64,000 bases of DNA from positions 16,402-80,401 of the forward strand of contig FLMG01000460.1 in assembly GCA_900088475.1 (NCBI GenBank). The letters are read 5' to 3'. The notes below the pieces were generated by a model. The model had not been told where the DNA came from. It searched no databases and worked only from the letters and a program-made list of their open reading frames with translations. Below are positions 48,313 through 61,761 of the stretch, in pieces (within the stretch, counting starts at the first letter, position 1; the number at the start of each line of letters is the position of its first letter). The DNA comes from Hyphochytrium catenoides. Its lineage: Eukaryota; Protista; Hyphochytriomycota. A program made the position numbers and the translations under genes.

Positions 48313-49941
48313 GCAATGTGTGTTGCTTCTGTCTGCTTAAAAATATTGTCTTCTTGAGCTCTGTCTGAGAGTATAAGAAGCACCAATGACGCAACACCAA
48401 CAACTCGAGAAGAACTACTAGGAATCAACCAAAAGCAGGAGGATGCATGATGATGATAGAATATGTCAGCAACAAGTTTTTCTTCATCATCTCCTGGTCG
48501 CACAAGCCCAGTAGAAACGTCGTCCTTCTTGGGGGTAGCGCGCCCACTACTTCCCCTCACAAGCTCTATCTCAATAGAGGGGGTACCTTAGGTGTGTGAC
48601 AATACTCACCTATGAAAGATATAGAGGACAGGAGCGTTGCCGCTAAGTCAACGAGGTAGCTCACCAAAATTTGGGGACACAGCCGTCAACGTACGACAAA
48701 GTTGTTTTGTAAGCCTAGCTATGAGGGCGCTTCCAAATTTCAGGTCAATCGGAGCAATATTATTGGCTGTGGCCAGTCTTTCGGAGAAAATAGGTCATTA
48801 TTGACCAGATCAGCCTGTAGCAAGTAGTCGTACCAGGTCGTGCCACCCTAATTTCCAAGTACAATAAATAAATGCAAGTATACTACTTGCACCGAAACAA
48901 ATCTGTGGGAATTCGGTATTCCCGGTAAAGAGAAACGGTCAGCTGGTCCAGCCCCCCAAAAGGTTGCTGTGTGAAGAGACATCATCACCGGTGCAGGAGA
49001 GGGAAGCGTGAGGAGGAAAGCTACAGAGCAAGAGGAGGGAGAGAAGCGGCGTGCTGGAGACGGAAAGGCAAGCATTCTGGACAGAGATATCCACAGCTCG
49101 TGCGTCGTTTTTAGAATAGGGAAAAAAGGGAAGGCAGGCAGCAGTAATAAGAGTCTACGTTGAGTTACTAGCCGGCAGGAGAAAGGGGTACATCCGTCTC
49201 TGAGCTACAGCAGCGTCTGCAGACAGCAGGGACAAGGGAATACCATGCCTTAAGCCTCATGTTAGTCTTCTTTTTATGATGAAGGCTACCTTTTATGAAG
49301 CGGCCCTGCTGCCTTCACACAGAAGCAGAATGACTTCTCCCTTCGGTAGCTTTGGGAAATAGCAGTGCAAAGTCTATTCAAACGACGGTTATTGCCAATA
49401 CTTGTTGCTCCTTGAGTAATAGGAGGTGTCATGATAGAAAGAGAGCTAACAAGCTTCGGCCAGCCGTCGTTTGCCTAAGCTGGAAAAGGAGCAGAAAAGA
49501 GGAGACAATGAGGGATCGTCTGACAAGAATCTGTGATGACGCGGATTAGGAACACAACCTCTTCGCCCACTGACAAGAAGGAAGAAGGCGTCAGAGGGAC
49601 GACATCATCATCTTTACCTTATTACCAAGGGGATGCGCCAGGGTTACTCTAAAGCATGCAGCAGCGTGGTAGAGAGTCGAGAGCCGACGGGCCTTCCAGT
49701 AACCCTTCGGCCCCGTACGCGATCTCAACAACTAGTTCTTCCATTGATTCTCTCCCCTCCTTCAGCTATATAAACCATGTCTTCAAGTGACACGGCAGCT
49801 GTCTCACCTTCTTTTGCCTTGACTGCCTGGTCAAACTTGTCTGCATTCTTCGGCTCTGGTTCTCGCTGTTCCGCGATGACGCTCTATCACTAACATGGGT
49901 ATTGGTCTACTATTACTACTAGGCTCTCACGCACGGCATAC

Positions 49942-52900
49942 TTGAACCGTCCAGATCTAGTGCGATCCACTCTGAACGAGCTCCTAGGGTGGAAAGTGGA
50001 CGAAGGAGAAAAAAAGGATGGATCTGCACAGGTTCCCAGCTCAGAGGAGGACGCAGCAGGTGGGAGGAGTAAACAGGAAGTGTCTGAGCAGAACATCCTG
50101 GATGGTAATGAAGGCATCCGCGAGAATCCGTTGCATACCTTTCCTCCAACTGGAGGACCGCTGCCTATCGAAGAGGGCATTGTACCACTCATTTCCCGAG
50201 GTATGTATCCAAGACGGGAAAAAGATGCCGCCGAAGGAAGAGGAAGATCCAGGAAGAACAAAAACTACTCTGAAGGTCGCAGGAGAGCCAAAGAGAACAA
50301 TGACGGCGGGCAACAAGCAAACAGCCAAATATCGGATCTGGATTATGAGCAACGTGAAATTCACCTGCGAGGTACAGAGGCGGTGTCGAAGGACAAAGAC
50401 AGCGAATTGAGGAAACAGCTCCACTCCTCCATCGCTCACGGCGATGATCTCGTGGAGCGAGAGCAAGACATCATTCAAGATGTGAGACGAATAGTCCCTA
50501 TGGCTACACAGGTACATCTAACTGCTCTCTGTCTCATTGCCTGTTGTTGACCTTCTTGTGGGACGATCGCCAACAGTCTAAGAGAGATAATCTATGGAAT
50601 GAAGTTTCTTTTTTCTCTCCACATTATATCTACACTGGGCAGACGTACCACTTCTGGCTTGAACTAAACGGGAATGAATTTCCTTGTTCTCTTCCATGTC
50701 ATCCTCGCAAAGTGCGGTTGCTCATTCCTGTACCGTTCCATATTGTTATCGCAACCTTCTAGCCAATTTTACCTATTTGCATCTTTTCTACCAGTATGAG
50801 TATCATCGAAGGCATGGAAGAAAGACTTCAAGGGCAGTTGAGCGATTAGTGCATCTCTGTACGCATGGCTTGCAATATCAAGCTTGGGAGCGGTGGATGG
50901 TGAGGATGTAATTGGAAGACCAGTGCTAGTACCCCAGTGCTGGTACCCTATCCCCATTTGGACTTTTGCGTTGGTGCTGCTGCATTCACTGCACTTCATC
51001 ATGTTCCCTGTTTCTGCTGACGATACCTTTGACCTTAGTGGGATGCCCGTTCGTCTCTATAACAAGCGAGAGACTGCCAAACCCTGCTATGCATTTTATC
51101 TAAGATGATAACTCACTACTGGCGGCTAAGTCATCCTCTTTCTGCGGCGTTCTGTCGAATAGGAATACTGCGTTGCGGAAAGAAAACGAGAGAAAGCAGT
51201 CTACAAGAGAAGAATAAGAAGATGGAAGACTCTCATCCGCTGCTTGGCGCTAGCGCATGGACGTCTGGTAAGGGATTCTCTATTCAGAACATCTCTAAGT
51301 CAAAACGTTGCTTCCTGTATGTACTTCGTATTTCTTAGCACCTTGGTCATAGCCTTCAACACATTTGTGTCTTTCTCTCCTGTTACTCTAGCTTTTTATG
51401 GATGTGTATTAACTACTAAGAGAGCTTCGGTCGCTGACTCCACTTAGCGTCGGGCTAGAAGTGCGATAGACCGCCGTAATTTCTGGAAGACTGAAGAAAT
51501 GGTTCGAGTCTCGGCTCTCAGGTGCGATGACTCCTCTTGCTAAATAGACGCAACAACGAGCCAAGGGATCTCGACAATTATATTGAGATCACATTCAACA
51601 GTGATACGTTTTTCTATCTATTCAATCGTCTTTTCTATCATCTGGGGTCAGTGCTTTCCTTCAACATCTGACCAGGGCAATTGATCCTAACGCTCCACTA
51701 GCCATCTATGTGTCTGTTGGCAGTACCGCCACGACGGTCGCAACGAGGTGCATGATGACGAACGCCTTTTAACCTCTCGTCTCCTGTGGATATCTTTCGC
51801 GCAGGTTCAAGCGGAAATCATCCATGCGCCGGATCAAGAAGTAAGTCAATCCTTTCGCTTTCACTGTATAGCAACGGCAACATATGGTTCATTCCCTCTC
51901 GTCTTAACGACGTCCTCGCTCGCGGCTTTGTGACCCCTGTTGATGACTCTGGAACCATCCACAAGGTTTCTCGGGGCTGCTATATCGCGCAGGAGGCAAC
52001 AGCTTGCTTTCCGAAGAGAGCAAGCTGCCCTCACCATACAATCCGCTTATCGAAAATATAAGGGACGACTCAGCCGCCTTCTTTTAAAGGTAAATGAAAC
52101 GGAGAAGAAGATTGTCAACTGCAGATGTGACAGCAGGAGTGAGGGAGCAATGAGCATTACGTCGGAGAGGCATAATTGAGACATAAAATCGACTAGTTTG
52201 TCAAGAGCTGGATGTAGAAAAGATGGTTTCTAAAGGACAAGTAAAGGGAAAGAACTACGGTCGGCTAAGACTCCTCTTCAGCACTTGCAGACAAGGCGAG
52301 TGAATGCTGCTGGGGCCCTCCAAAGAGCTTTCAGGAGATACAGGGCGAGAAAGCGGTGAGTGAGTAGGGCAAAAGTGTGAAGAAGAAGGGTTCGTGGCCT
52401 TGTCTTCTAGTCCTTTCTGTGACCTCGATTCCTCTTCTCTCTTCTCCCCACGTGTAAATGTGTCACATCCCTTTCATGATGACGGGTTCTCTTACCATAG
52501 CTGGTTTTGGGTGCTTCTCTGAGGCTCACGTGTCTCACTCTGGGTGCTGCTTACCTGACTATTATAGCTGCCTCTCTTTTTTTGGTGGATCACGTCGTTA
52601 TCTATCGTCTCTGAGAGGTCAATTTTGTCTCGAAACCCATAGCCCAATGCCATCTCCTCTGACCGTTAGCTCAATGAAAATTTTAGGAGGCAGCAGCTGC
52701 AGCGGATAAGAGATGCAGAAGCAGCCTATGTCAGGAGAAGGGAAGAGAAAGAGCATCGAGTGAGAACTCTCAACAGGAACTTTATCAGAGGAGGCGCAGC
52801 CATCGCAATCCAGAGGTAACTTATTATCGGAGGCATCGTCCAACTTCGGTTCAGTGAAGAGTTCTGTGCAACAAGTCCTTTGCTCCTCTGGGTTATCAGA

Positions 52901-55900
52901 CTTCATCATCCAACCTATGTCCCACTTGTGTGCAGGTGCTGGCGGTCTTACTGTCGTGCAAGAACTAAGAAGTATGACCAGATGAAGCAGCAGCGAGCTT
53001 TGCAGCGGGAGAGTGCTACGCAGATCCAGAAGCTTGTAAGGCTTCGCTCTGTTTCTCCAAGCGGATGAGAGCTCTTCCTTGGCTGAGGGCCGCTTTGTTT
53101 TCTTCGCTTATACCTTCTCCTTAGTGACGGCTGATCTTGAGGTCTACTATGCCGTTGCCATGATCATTCAACCACTACTACTTTTTGGTTAGGTCTGATG
53201 AACAATGGGTATCCATCCTGACTGACGACAACATCTTTGCTTTCCATGAAAATCCAAGTTTCGCGGATGGATGGGTCGCCGACATTTCATTAAGCTACGA
53301 CAGGAGAAGCTTGCAGCTCGAGCAGTACTGGGAAGGTTTTGGCAGCTCNNNNNNNNNNNNNNNNNNNNNNNNNNNNNNNNNNNNNNNNNNNNNNNNNNNN
53401 NTACGACCTCGTCGCCACTTTCTTCTCCGTGAGGGTTAGGACACAATACAGCCATTGCATCTCATACAGATTGCAACCTGGTCTCTTGACCCCCGCTCCT
53501 CCGTGTTATATTTCTATCCTAGCCACCAAGGACTCCTCGTGGCGGCGCCTTCTGGCGATTCTTCTTTATTGCCCCAGCTGCTGATATTGCTGTCTCTACA
53601 GGGTGCAAGTCCGAAAGCGAAGGGCAGCTAAGGAGGAGGCAAAGGAAAGGAGGTTAGAGAAGAAGCGGAAAGTAGGTCTTCTTCCTCCACGGTCTGCCAA
53701 TAGGGAAGGTATAGATGAACAGGGCCGGACCGCAGTGGAGGCTCAGGGTATACAGCGGCAGAGGGGAGGAATGGGCGAAGTCCTGCAGCATCTATTGCAA
53801 GAAGCATCTGATCACCTGAGACGAGAAACCTCAACCTTGGCAAGGGCAAAGATCAAAGGACGGATGCTTCTGGTTAGTTCCGCTAAGATCGTGACGCCTA
53901 CTTGACGCTGCCTCTCCCTATCTCTTTGTCCTTTCTCCTTATTATCGATTTATGCAAACTTCATTGACGGATGTCAGTCAGTGCTCTTAGAAACTCGATT
54001 TCTTCTATTGTCAGTGGCTATGATGGCGTGTTGAGGACTCTGAAAGTCCATTGATTGCTTACAGTCTTCCCTTTCTCAGAAGCAGATAGGAACAGGAGGA
54101 GGAGGAACTAAGAGAGACGAGGGAGAAACTGTGGATGACATTTGCGCCACCCGCATTGCCCGCGTCTGGAAGGGTCACCGAAGCAGAAGAAGAGCTCGAG
54201 CAATGAAGAAACGGGAGCAAGAAATGGCAAGAAGAGAAATGAACCGGAAGAGAAGGCGGGCGGCTGTTTCCATTCAGAAGCATGTCAGAGGTAAGATGGA
54301 CAAGAGCAGGAGATAAGGCCGTATTGACCTCCAAGTCAAAGAAAAAAGGTTGGCAGTGACACCGCTCTATATGAGAAAGCTGGCAGCATCTGGATGATGA
54401 TCAGCACTCTGAAAGACAAACGTTGCCTCTGATATATAAATCCTTCTTTGCTTAATGTCATTCCCTGTTCAGGAATGTTAACGCGGGATCGACTCAGGCT
54501 TCAGCGCGCCGAGGACGCGAATCAACAAGCGGCCCGGATCCAACGTTGGTGGAAACAAAGAAAGAAAAGAACGGCGGAAGACAAAAGAAGAAGGGCGATC
54601 ACGACAATCAACAAGCTGAAGCGGAAGTTCAAGCGGAGGTACTATTCTCAGCCTTCAGCCGAGGGGTCTCTGTCCTATCTCTTTCTCCTCGGCCAAGAAA
54701 ACTTGCTTGTACATCGCCATCCACTTCCTCCCCCAATCTAGCTGTCTTCCACCTTAGACTCTTCTTCTTGCCGTGTACGTACCTGCTTGCCTCGCGCCTT
54801 TGTTATCGTAAAAGCGATTCATCAGCCGTACGTGACTGCCGTCACAACCTAAAATGATTGTGCTCCATTCACTGCCACCATCCAGGCTCCATTCTCAGGA
54901 AATGCTAGTCAAACGTAAGCAAGTTGTGAAGATCCAGCGTCTGATGCGCTGGGAGCTGGCCAGGAGGAAGAGATATCGGACAAGAGAAGAGAAAAGGCGA
55001 AACGAGGAAGTCAAGCCTGCGGTGCTAAAGTCACTCGGCGAAGGGCTGGAGAGAGTCAAGGTGAGTTCGGTCGCCCGAAACGCTAATGGCCGCTTGCTGC
55101 TACCTCTCTGCCACCAACCTCTTCAATAGAAGGCTTCGTCTCTCTATGTTGTCAATTTAGTCACTCTCGTCTTGCATGCAGTAATATGGATGGTGCTTAG
55201 TTCTTCGTCGGTCTGCCATCTCACTCTGCAACTGCATCTTCTCTCTTATGTTGTAGATCGTCGTCAGTTTTCCCACTCTCTCCTGGCATTCCGTAGCACT
55301 AAGATTGCTTGCTGTTGACTTTTGTAGGATACTTTATGGCTGATATCCTTCCACTCGTCTATGGAGGACAATAGAGACTGCTGCCGTCCCCTCTTCTCTC
55401 CTTTCTCTCTCTTTCCTCTCCATGCCTCCTCGCCCATTACTTCTCCTTCAGTGCCAGTTCCTGCGCCGTCTTGGGGCTCAACGAAAGCAGGTCCTGAACT
55501 CCCGCAGAACACTGAAGAATATCGCGGTAGAGAGGCAAGAAACTCCTCGGTTTCTGATCCATCAGTCCCCTTGTCGAGCTGCAAAACATTGGTGGAAGAA
55601 GGCTCCAAGTTGCGGACTGTGGAAGGGATACACTCGGTATCCCTCCGGTCTCTCTCTGTAGCCGAGAGAGTGCAGCGGCGTGCTCATCTTCCGTGCGGAG
55701 GCGAGGTCCAGGAGCTATTTCTGCTCTTGCTGAGCCAAAGCGCTACCAAACGGCAAAGCCAGGACTTATCCATGCTTGGTCAGTGTGTTCTTATCGTCTG
55801 CTATCTCTCCTTATCTGTCTTCTGCATCTCTACCTCCACGCCATGAGGGGAAATTCATGTCTCAGTACCAACAGAGAGTTTCCCTCTCTGGCTTCTCAAA

Positions 55901-58900
55901 TTCTGACTTTGACAGAGATTGTTTGAGTGACTTTCCTGGTGCTTGGGCTCGCTCTTAGACCGCTTCATACTTTTTGGTTCGCCTCTTTCCGCTTCTCATT
56001 CTGTTGCTGGTCTTTAGATGGTTTGCACTTTGCTCGGCTTTTTCGAGAGCTGCCCCAGTTCTTTACCCAGGAGTTCCCTCTTCAAAAGCTTGACCATATC
56101 TTCCTGAAGCATAAGGTATAACACAAAGCTGTACTCTCCTGCTCTGTTTCCTGTTGTTCCTGGGCTCGCCTTTGACGAAGCGGCTATCACTCCTTCCTGT
56201 CTCCCCAATAGATCACTTAAACCTGTCCTTCGTTCCTTCACCGTCATTCCTTCATGCGCTGCCCCTTCTGCGACCATTATACTATTCCCCAGCCATCATT
56301 CCAGCCATCAGCAGCGTCGTCCACCCCATACCTCGCAATCGTAACTTCACTTTAGTGCTAGCTCTGTCACTGGCGTTTCAGCTCGTATCCGTCCCAGACC
56401 ATCTTGGTTCCTTCTCCCTCTCTCTCTCTTTCTCTCTCTGTCTCAGTCTCAAACACACACACACATTGACCTTCATTTGCTTGCTATCCTTCCATCACGT
56501 TTTCTTTCCAGGCAAATTCCACACAAGCTGGCCTTCGCTTTGAGGAGTTCCAGAAGGCCCTCGTCACCGTCTGTCGCCAACGGTTCTGTCCTCACAGAGA
56601 CAGGAGCAGCAGCAGTTATGGGGCTACTATAAGAGATGATGGGGGAGGAGCTGGAGCAAGACAACAAGAGGCGAGCCGAGATTCTCCTCAGCTCTCAGTC
56701 AGTAGCACAAGATCCTTGGTTTCGTCCTCTGTATCGTTTTCTTCTGCGACACCGCCCCAGGCCGCAGCGACATTGGACTCGGCCACAAACCCAACGTCGA
56801 ATGTTAGTTCTTCTTCCAGAGGAGAAGGTCAGGAAGAAGTGCGGTTGCCGTTCAGCTCAAGGGTTGCAATGGGTTCACAACTTATTGCTGAGACTCTTTT
56901 TGCTCGTTTCATGTGAGCAGGTGTGAAGCGAGGTGAGGAAGGTGATGCAACTGCTGAAGAAGGTAGAGGTGTCCAGAGAGAAGAGAAGGGCAAACAGCAA
57001 ACGGTGAAGGATAGCATATCACTTGCTGCGGTGCTGCAGCAGGAAGGTGTCGGCGGCTCAGTTGTCCCAGCTCCTCCAAAGGTGACAGAGCTTTCCTGGC
57101 TTCCAGGGCATTATTCTTGCCTATTACCACTTCGGTCGTTCCATTTGCTAACGGCTGCTCTTTTGCTCCTATGACCCTCTTCCTCTAGAGGCTTAACGCA
57201 ACTAGCAGGAACGAGGAAGTGAAAGAGAAAAACTCGGACTGGCAAAACGGAGAAAGAGAAGTGCAAGCTGTGGACCAAGGAGAGAAAAGTCGCTTCAGAG
57301 GCTATTCCGGGGACGATGGACTTGTCCTCCGCTTTTTCATCGACTTCTTGGCGAAATCGGATCTAGGAAAGAAGGTGGACCAGGCCCTCTCGCGCAGGGC
57401 CACGAGCAGACAGGTTGTGATCTCTTCTAACTGCTTCGGCTTCGCTGGCATCCTCCTCGTTCGATCTGACTTTCTCCTGTACATCTTCTACCTCTCCAAC
57501 TACACTCTGTGCACACTGCGCAGCACTGGGCAGCCACAATGATTCAGAAACGCGTGCGTGGAGTCATAGGACGAGCTAAAGCGAGGACACGCAAAAAGGA
57601 AAAAGAGAGACAAGAACAGGAGAGAAAAAGAATAGAACGCGCTCTTATAATACAGCGGTGCTTTAGAGGTTTCAGGGGAAGGAAAGAGGCGGCAGAGAGA
57701 TGTCGTCGAGAGGTGATCGAGTACATAGATCCCTCCTCTCTCCTCCCTTACTATCTTAACAAGCTTACTGGACAAGTCAGGTAGTAGGCTTATCCTTCCG
57801 TCCCTCTTCCCAGCGCTTTCTCTTTGCTCTTTACGGCCGTTTGGCATGCTGGTGAGGTTCGTTCTTATTGCCGCGATGCGGCTCCTTTCCGTCACATACT
57901 CCGCCTCCACCACTGTCGTCACCACTGAAGCCTTTTTCCTCACCATCTCCTCCTTTCATACCAACAGCTTGTCCTGTGTCGAAGTTTGTCCTCCGTTCTC
58001 CATCTCACCGTGGTCCCTGATATCGCCATCAGTGGATTCGTCTCATCGTATCCTCAAATCACATTCTAAACCATCATCATCTGGAGCTTAACATATCATC
58101 TTCGTTCTCATCCGTCATCTTATTCTTCCCTGTCGTCCGTCGAATGATGGTGCAGCTGGCAGAAGCCCAAGCTCCTCCACTCAACGTCACCCTCGCTAAG
58201 CATTCTCCTCCCTAAAGAAAATGAGCGGCTCTTGGTCCTGTGCGTCCACTGCGAGGAGGGAGGAGAGTATGAGGGAATTCCGATTGTTCCAAACAGAAAA
58301 ACAGTCGCCACAAAGTAAGTCGCTTTCTAGTTTCTTCTTCTGCCTTCTGTCTCCTGCTGAGCGGGCGATCCCTCTTCCCCGCCTTCCCTCCGCCTGCTTA
58401 GCCTCTGACTCGATCCTTGTGATTTGCCTTTCTCTTCTCTCAATCCTCATCATCCTCCTCCCTGCGAAGAGCATCGATGAGGTCTCTCGCATTCCTGTTT
58501 CTCCTAGAGTTCTGCTAGAGGTATCTCTGACAGTATAAGTAACAAGCGTCTGTCTAAAATCGTCGGGCTGACTCTCGCTCTTTCTATCATCGATTTTCGG
58601 GCCAGCTCCACTTAACGCTGCCCTCTCTTTGGTCGCTCAGCATCTCCTGGTTATGCGTTTTTCCTCTTTGTTTTCCTTTCCTCTTCTCTGTCCTTACTTC
58701 TCGCCAGTCTACGTGCTACGCTACCAGACCATGTGTTCTTCCTTTCCGAGTCATCTTTATTGCACCTAAGCCGACGACCTCCTCTTCAACAGGCTTTGTC
58801 TGCAGTGCTGCGACCCAATGTGCGAGTACTGTCATCAAAGGACACACAACAAGAGGGGACTCCGCGCCCATAGCACCCTACCTCTCAAGGTAAATAGCAT

Positions 58901-61761
58901 AGGAACATGTCTTTCTCCGGCCCAGGGAGAAGCAAGCATGCAGCAGCAGAGAGGTAGCTGTAGGGAGAAGACAATGGCAACATGTGCAGGAAAAGGATCA
59001 ACAACTTTGATGAATGATGAAATGGGAGGAGTGGGGAAGGCACAGACGGGCAGCGAGGAGTCCCGGGGAGTCTTCTTGTTGTCTTTCATTGTTGGGCTAG
59101 GCTGTCATTCATCTTCTAAAGCTGTTCATCTCACGGCTACATAGCGTGAGGAAAGCAGCTCTTGCTGCTCGCTAATGACGCCATTCCATCGTGCCATTTC
59201 GCTCACTCCTCGCTCCTCCTCCGACTATCCTATAGCTTTGTCAGTATTGCCGCCTGCAGACTGCCACCCGGGAGTGCTTGGATGTACGTGAGGACACTTA
59301 TTGGGGCCTTGCCGTGCGGTCACTGCTCTTTGCTTAGGCCCTTTAGTTCCTGCTGCTCAACATTCACCTTTCTCAATCTATATCCCACTTTTAGAGGGGC
59401 CTTTCTCTGTTGTTGCCATCCCCTAGCCCAGCCTTTTACACCTCCATCCTCTCAGTCTTAACTTGCGTCTTCCGCGGCTATCCTCTGTGCTTCAATGAGT
59501 TGCCTCTCTCCTTCAATGAGGTGCTTTGGACTATGACCATCACTCTGGCTAAACCATTTGTTGGCTTGTCTTGGTCTAGTGCAAGCAGCAAGCTTCCACC
59601 CTACCACGGGGTCGGCCCCGTCCTCCCGCTGACTACTGCGACCTGTGCTTCTACCATTCTCACGAGAGGATGCAGGAGACGATCAAGAGCGAGAAAGCAT
59701 ACAAAGCACATAGTAGGCAGCAGAAGAGCAAACTTATGACAGCGAAAGCTCAAGAACAGGCAGACTCTGATGAAATGAAGGATGAAAAGAAGTCGACAAC
59801 AGCAACAAGCAGGGCAGACAATAGAGGTGGAGCAAAGGAAGAAAAGCTTAGTCTCAAGACTCGACGAGAGACAGGTGGAACCATCAGAGCGAGCAACAAG
59901 AATCAGAGAGAGGAGAACGGTAGCAAATCATCAGTGCATCGGCAGAATAGTCTACAAAGCCAACGGGACGGAATGAAGAGAACAGATGATGCAATGCCGG
60001 ACCCCTCCGCGTCGTCGGCTGCTACTCTCTCACATCGCTTCCGTCCCTATGCTGTCCTCTGTGTGGAGTGCGACCGAACAGCCGCCCAGCTGCACTGCCA
60101 GGACTGTGGAGACTCCTATTGCACGAAGGTAGAGCTACTTGATCCACGAGTCAGCGGGACGAGGAAGTGAGATGATGGAGAGGGCTGGGAACGGTAAACA
60201 AGGGTTAGGGGCGTCTGGACTGTCATCGCGACCAGGGATTCTGTTGCTTTCCTCTTTTCTTCACGGGCCTGCTCTGCTCTCGATAGTGAAGCTCCTGGCT
60301 GTTCGTGACATTCTTTCCTCCTAGATAGCAATCTCTGCATTTCTCTCCTCTCCCGCCTCTTGTGCTTCTGATGGATGTTTTTTTTCTCTTCTCTCGCCAC
60401 TTTCTTGGCAGTGCTTCACCCAGTTGCACACCAGCGGCCACAGACTGGAGCATTCGCCTCAATTCTTTCCATTTCTTCCCATTGAGCTCAAGATTATGGA
60501 AGAGGCGGAAAGACAGAAAGCCGAGGAAGAGAAAAGACTGTAAGATCATAACATTCCTATCTCTGTCACTGATCCATCCCTTTGCTGCGCTTTGTCCTGC
60601 TTTGCGTCATCATGACTCTTCCTCGGTCCTCCTCTGGCTAAAGGCTCGCTGGTCGTCACCTGAGAGTCGGGCGGCTATCTTCTAACCCATTCAACTCTTC
60701 TTCACATTCCTGTCAGTTCCTTTTGGTGGTGTGGTCTCCATCCCTCTTTGATGAGCTCACATTGACTGCTTGCTTTGGCTCTTAGCAGCTCTTGAATGCC
60801 ACTACTTCCTATCGATCAGATCTCTAGTCCTCTAACGTTTCTCCACACTCTGTGTCGGGATGCTCTCAAATAATGATAGGCTGGACCTCATTAATGCGGA
60901 GCGGGCAATGAGACAAAAGAAGGCCATTGAGACCTTCTTTCACTCCGTCATCCGCCTTCAAGCAATGTTCAGAGGTTCGACCTGTCCTGTTCTTGCGTCG
61001 TCCCTTTCCATAGTACTGCTTTCTCTCCTGGGTACTGACTCACTTCTTTATTTTATACTTAGGGTGGAAGGTACGGAGAGATGCAAGACAAGAGAGAGCA
61101 AAGGTACGTGCTCTTCTTATTCGAGTTTCCCCTCTGTCCCTTCCTTTTCTTTCTCTTTTCCTCTCTCTCTCTCTCTTCCCTCCGCCCCCCTTCTCTCCGT
61201 TCTCTTTGAACATCATCGCCCTCGCACGCGGCTAATGGGTTTTGATTCTTCACTGCTGCTCCTTCATAGTTACGACAAGAGCAGGCGGCGCTGAAGGAGA
61301 AGGCGAAAGAAGAGGAAAGACGAAGTTCCTTGGTCTTTCAGCTGCGCCAATCCGCGGCAGGCCTGGGCAAACTTATTAAGGATTAGATGGACGTGTGGCA
61401 TGTGAAAAAGAGGACGGGGTGATAGCTGGAACGCTGTCTCAGGAGTGGAAAGAAGTATTGGAGGATGGAGCTCTACACGTTGCATTATTATCAGTCGATT
61501 GAGGAGCACAGACAAGAAGAACAGCTAGGCCGTTAACTGCTTATGCTGTTGAAGCTATGCGCTTTCAGGAAGAAGAAGAGACTGTGCGAGGTCCACTCTA
61601 TCGCCAAGGATCTGTTCGACAAGGCTCTTCACCGCCATCGACAAGAAGGAGAGAGCTCCAAGTATCCTCCAGAAATCATTGCCACTCCGCACGGTTCGGC
61701 AATATCCGAGAGTGTCCTTCCACCGGCAAAGCAGGACTGTAGCTTTAGAGCAGTCTCTTGA
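49942..61761 (+). CDS. Large multi-exon protein with many IQ calmodulin-binding motifs, coiled coil, a WW-like domain and B-box zinc fingers (boundaries approximate)
   Basis: IQ-like motifs AALTIQSAYRKYKGR, ALQRAFRRYRAR, IARVWKGHRSRR, IQKHVRG, IQKRVRGVIGR, IQRCFRGFRGRK, LQAMFRG. WW-like YIDPSSLLPYYLNKLTGQ..WQKP. B-box CLQCCDPMCEYCHQRTH and CVECDRTAAQLHCQDCGDSYCTK|CFTQLH. Confidence 0.75.
53349..53401. other. Assembly gap (N run) inside the IQ/B-box gene
   Basis: 53 N bases. Confidence 0.99.
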
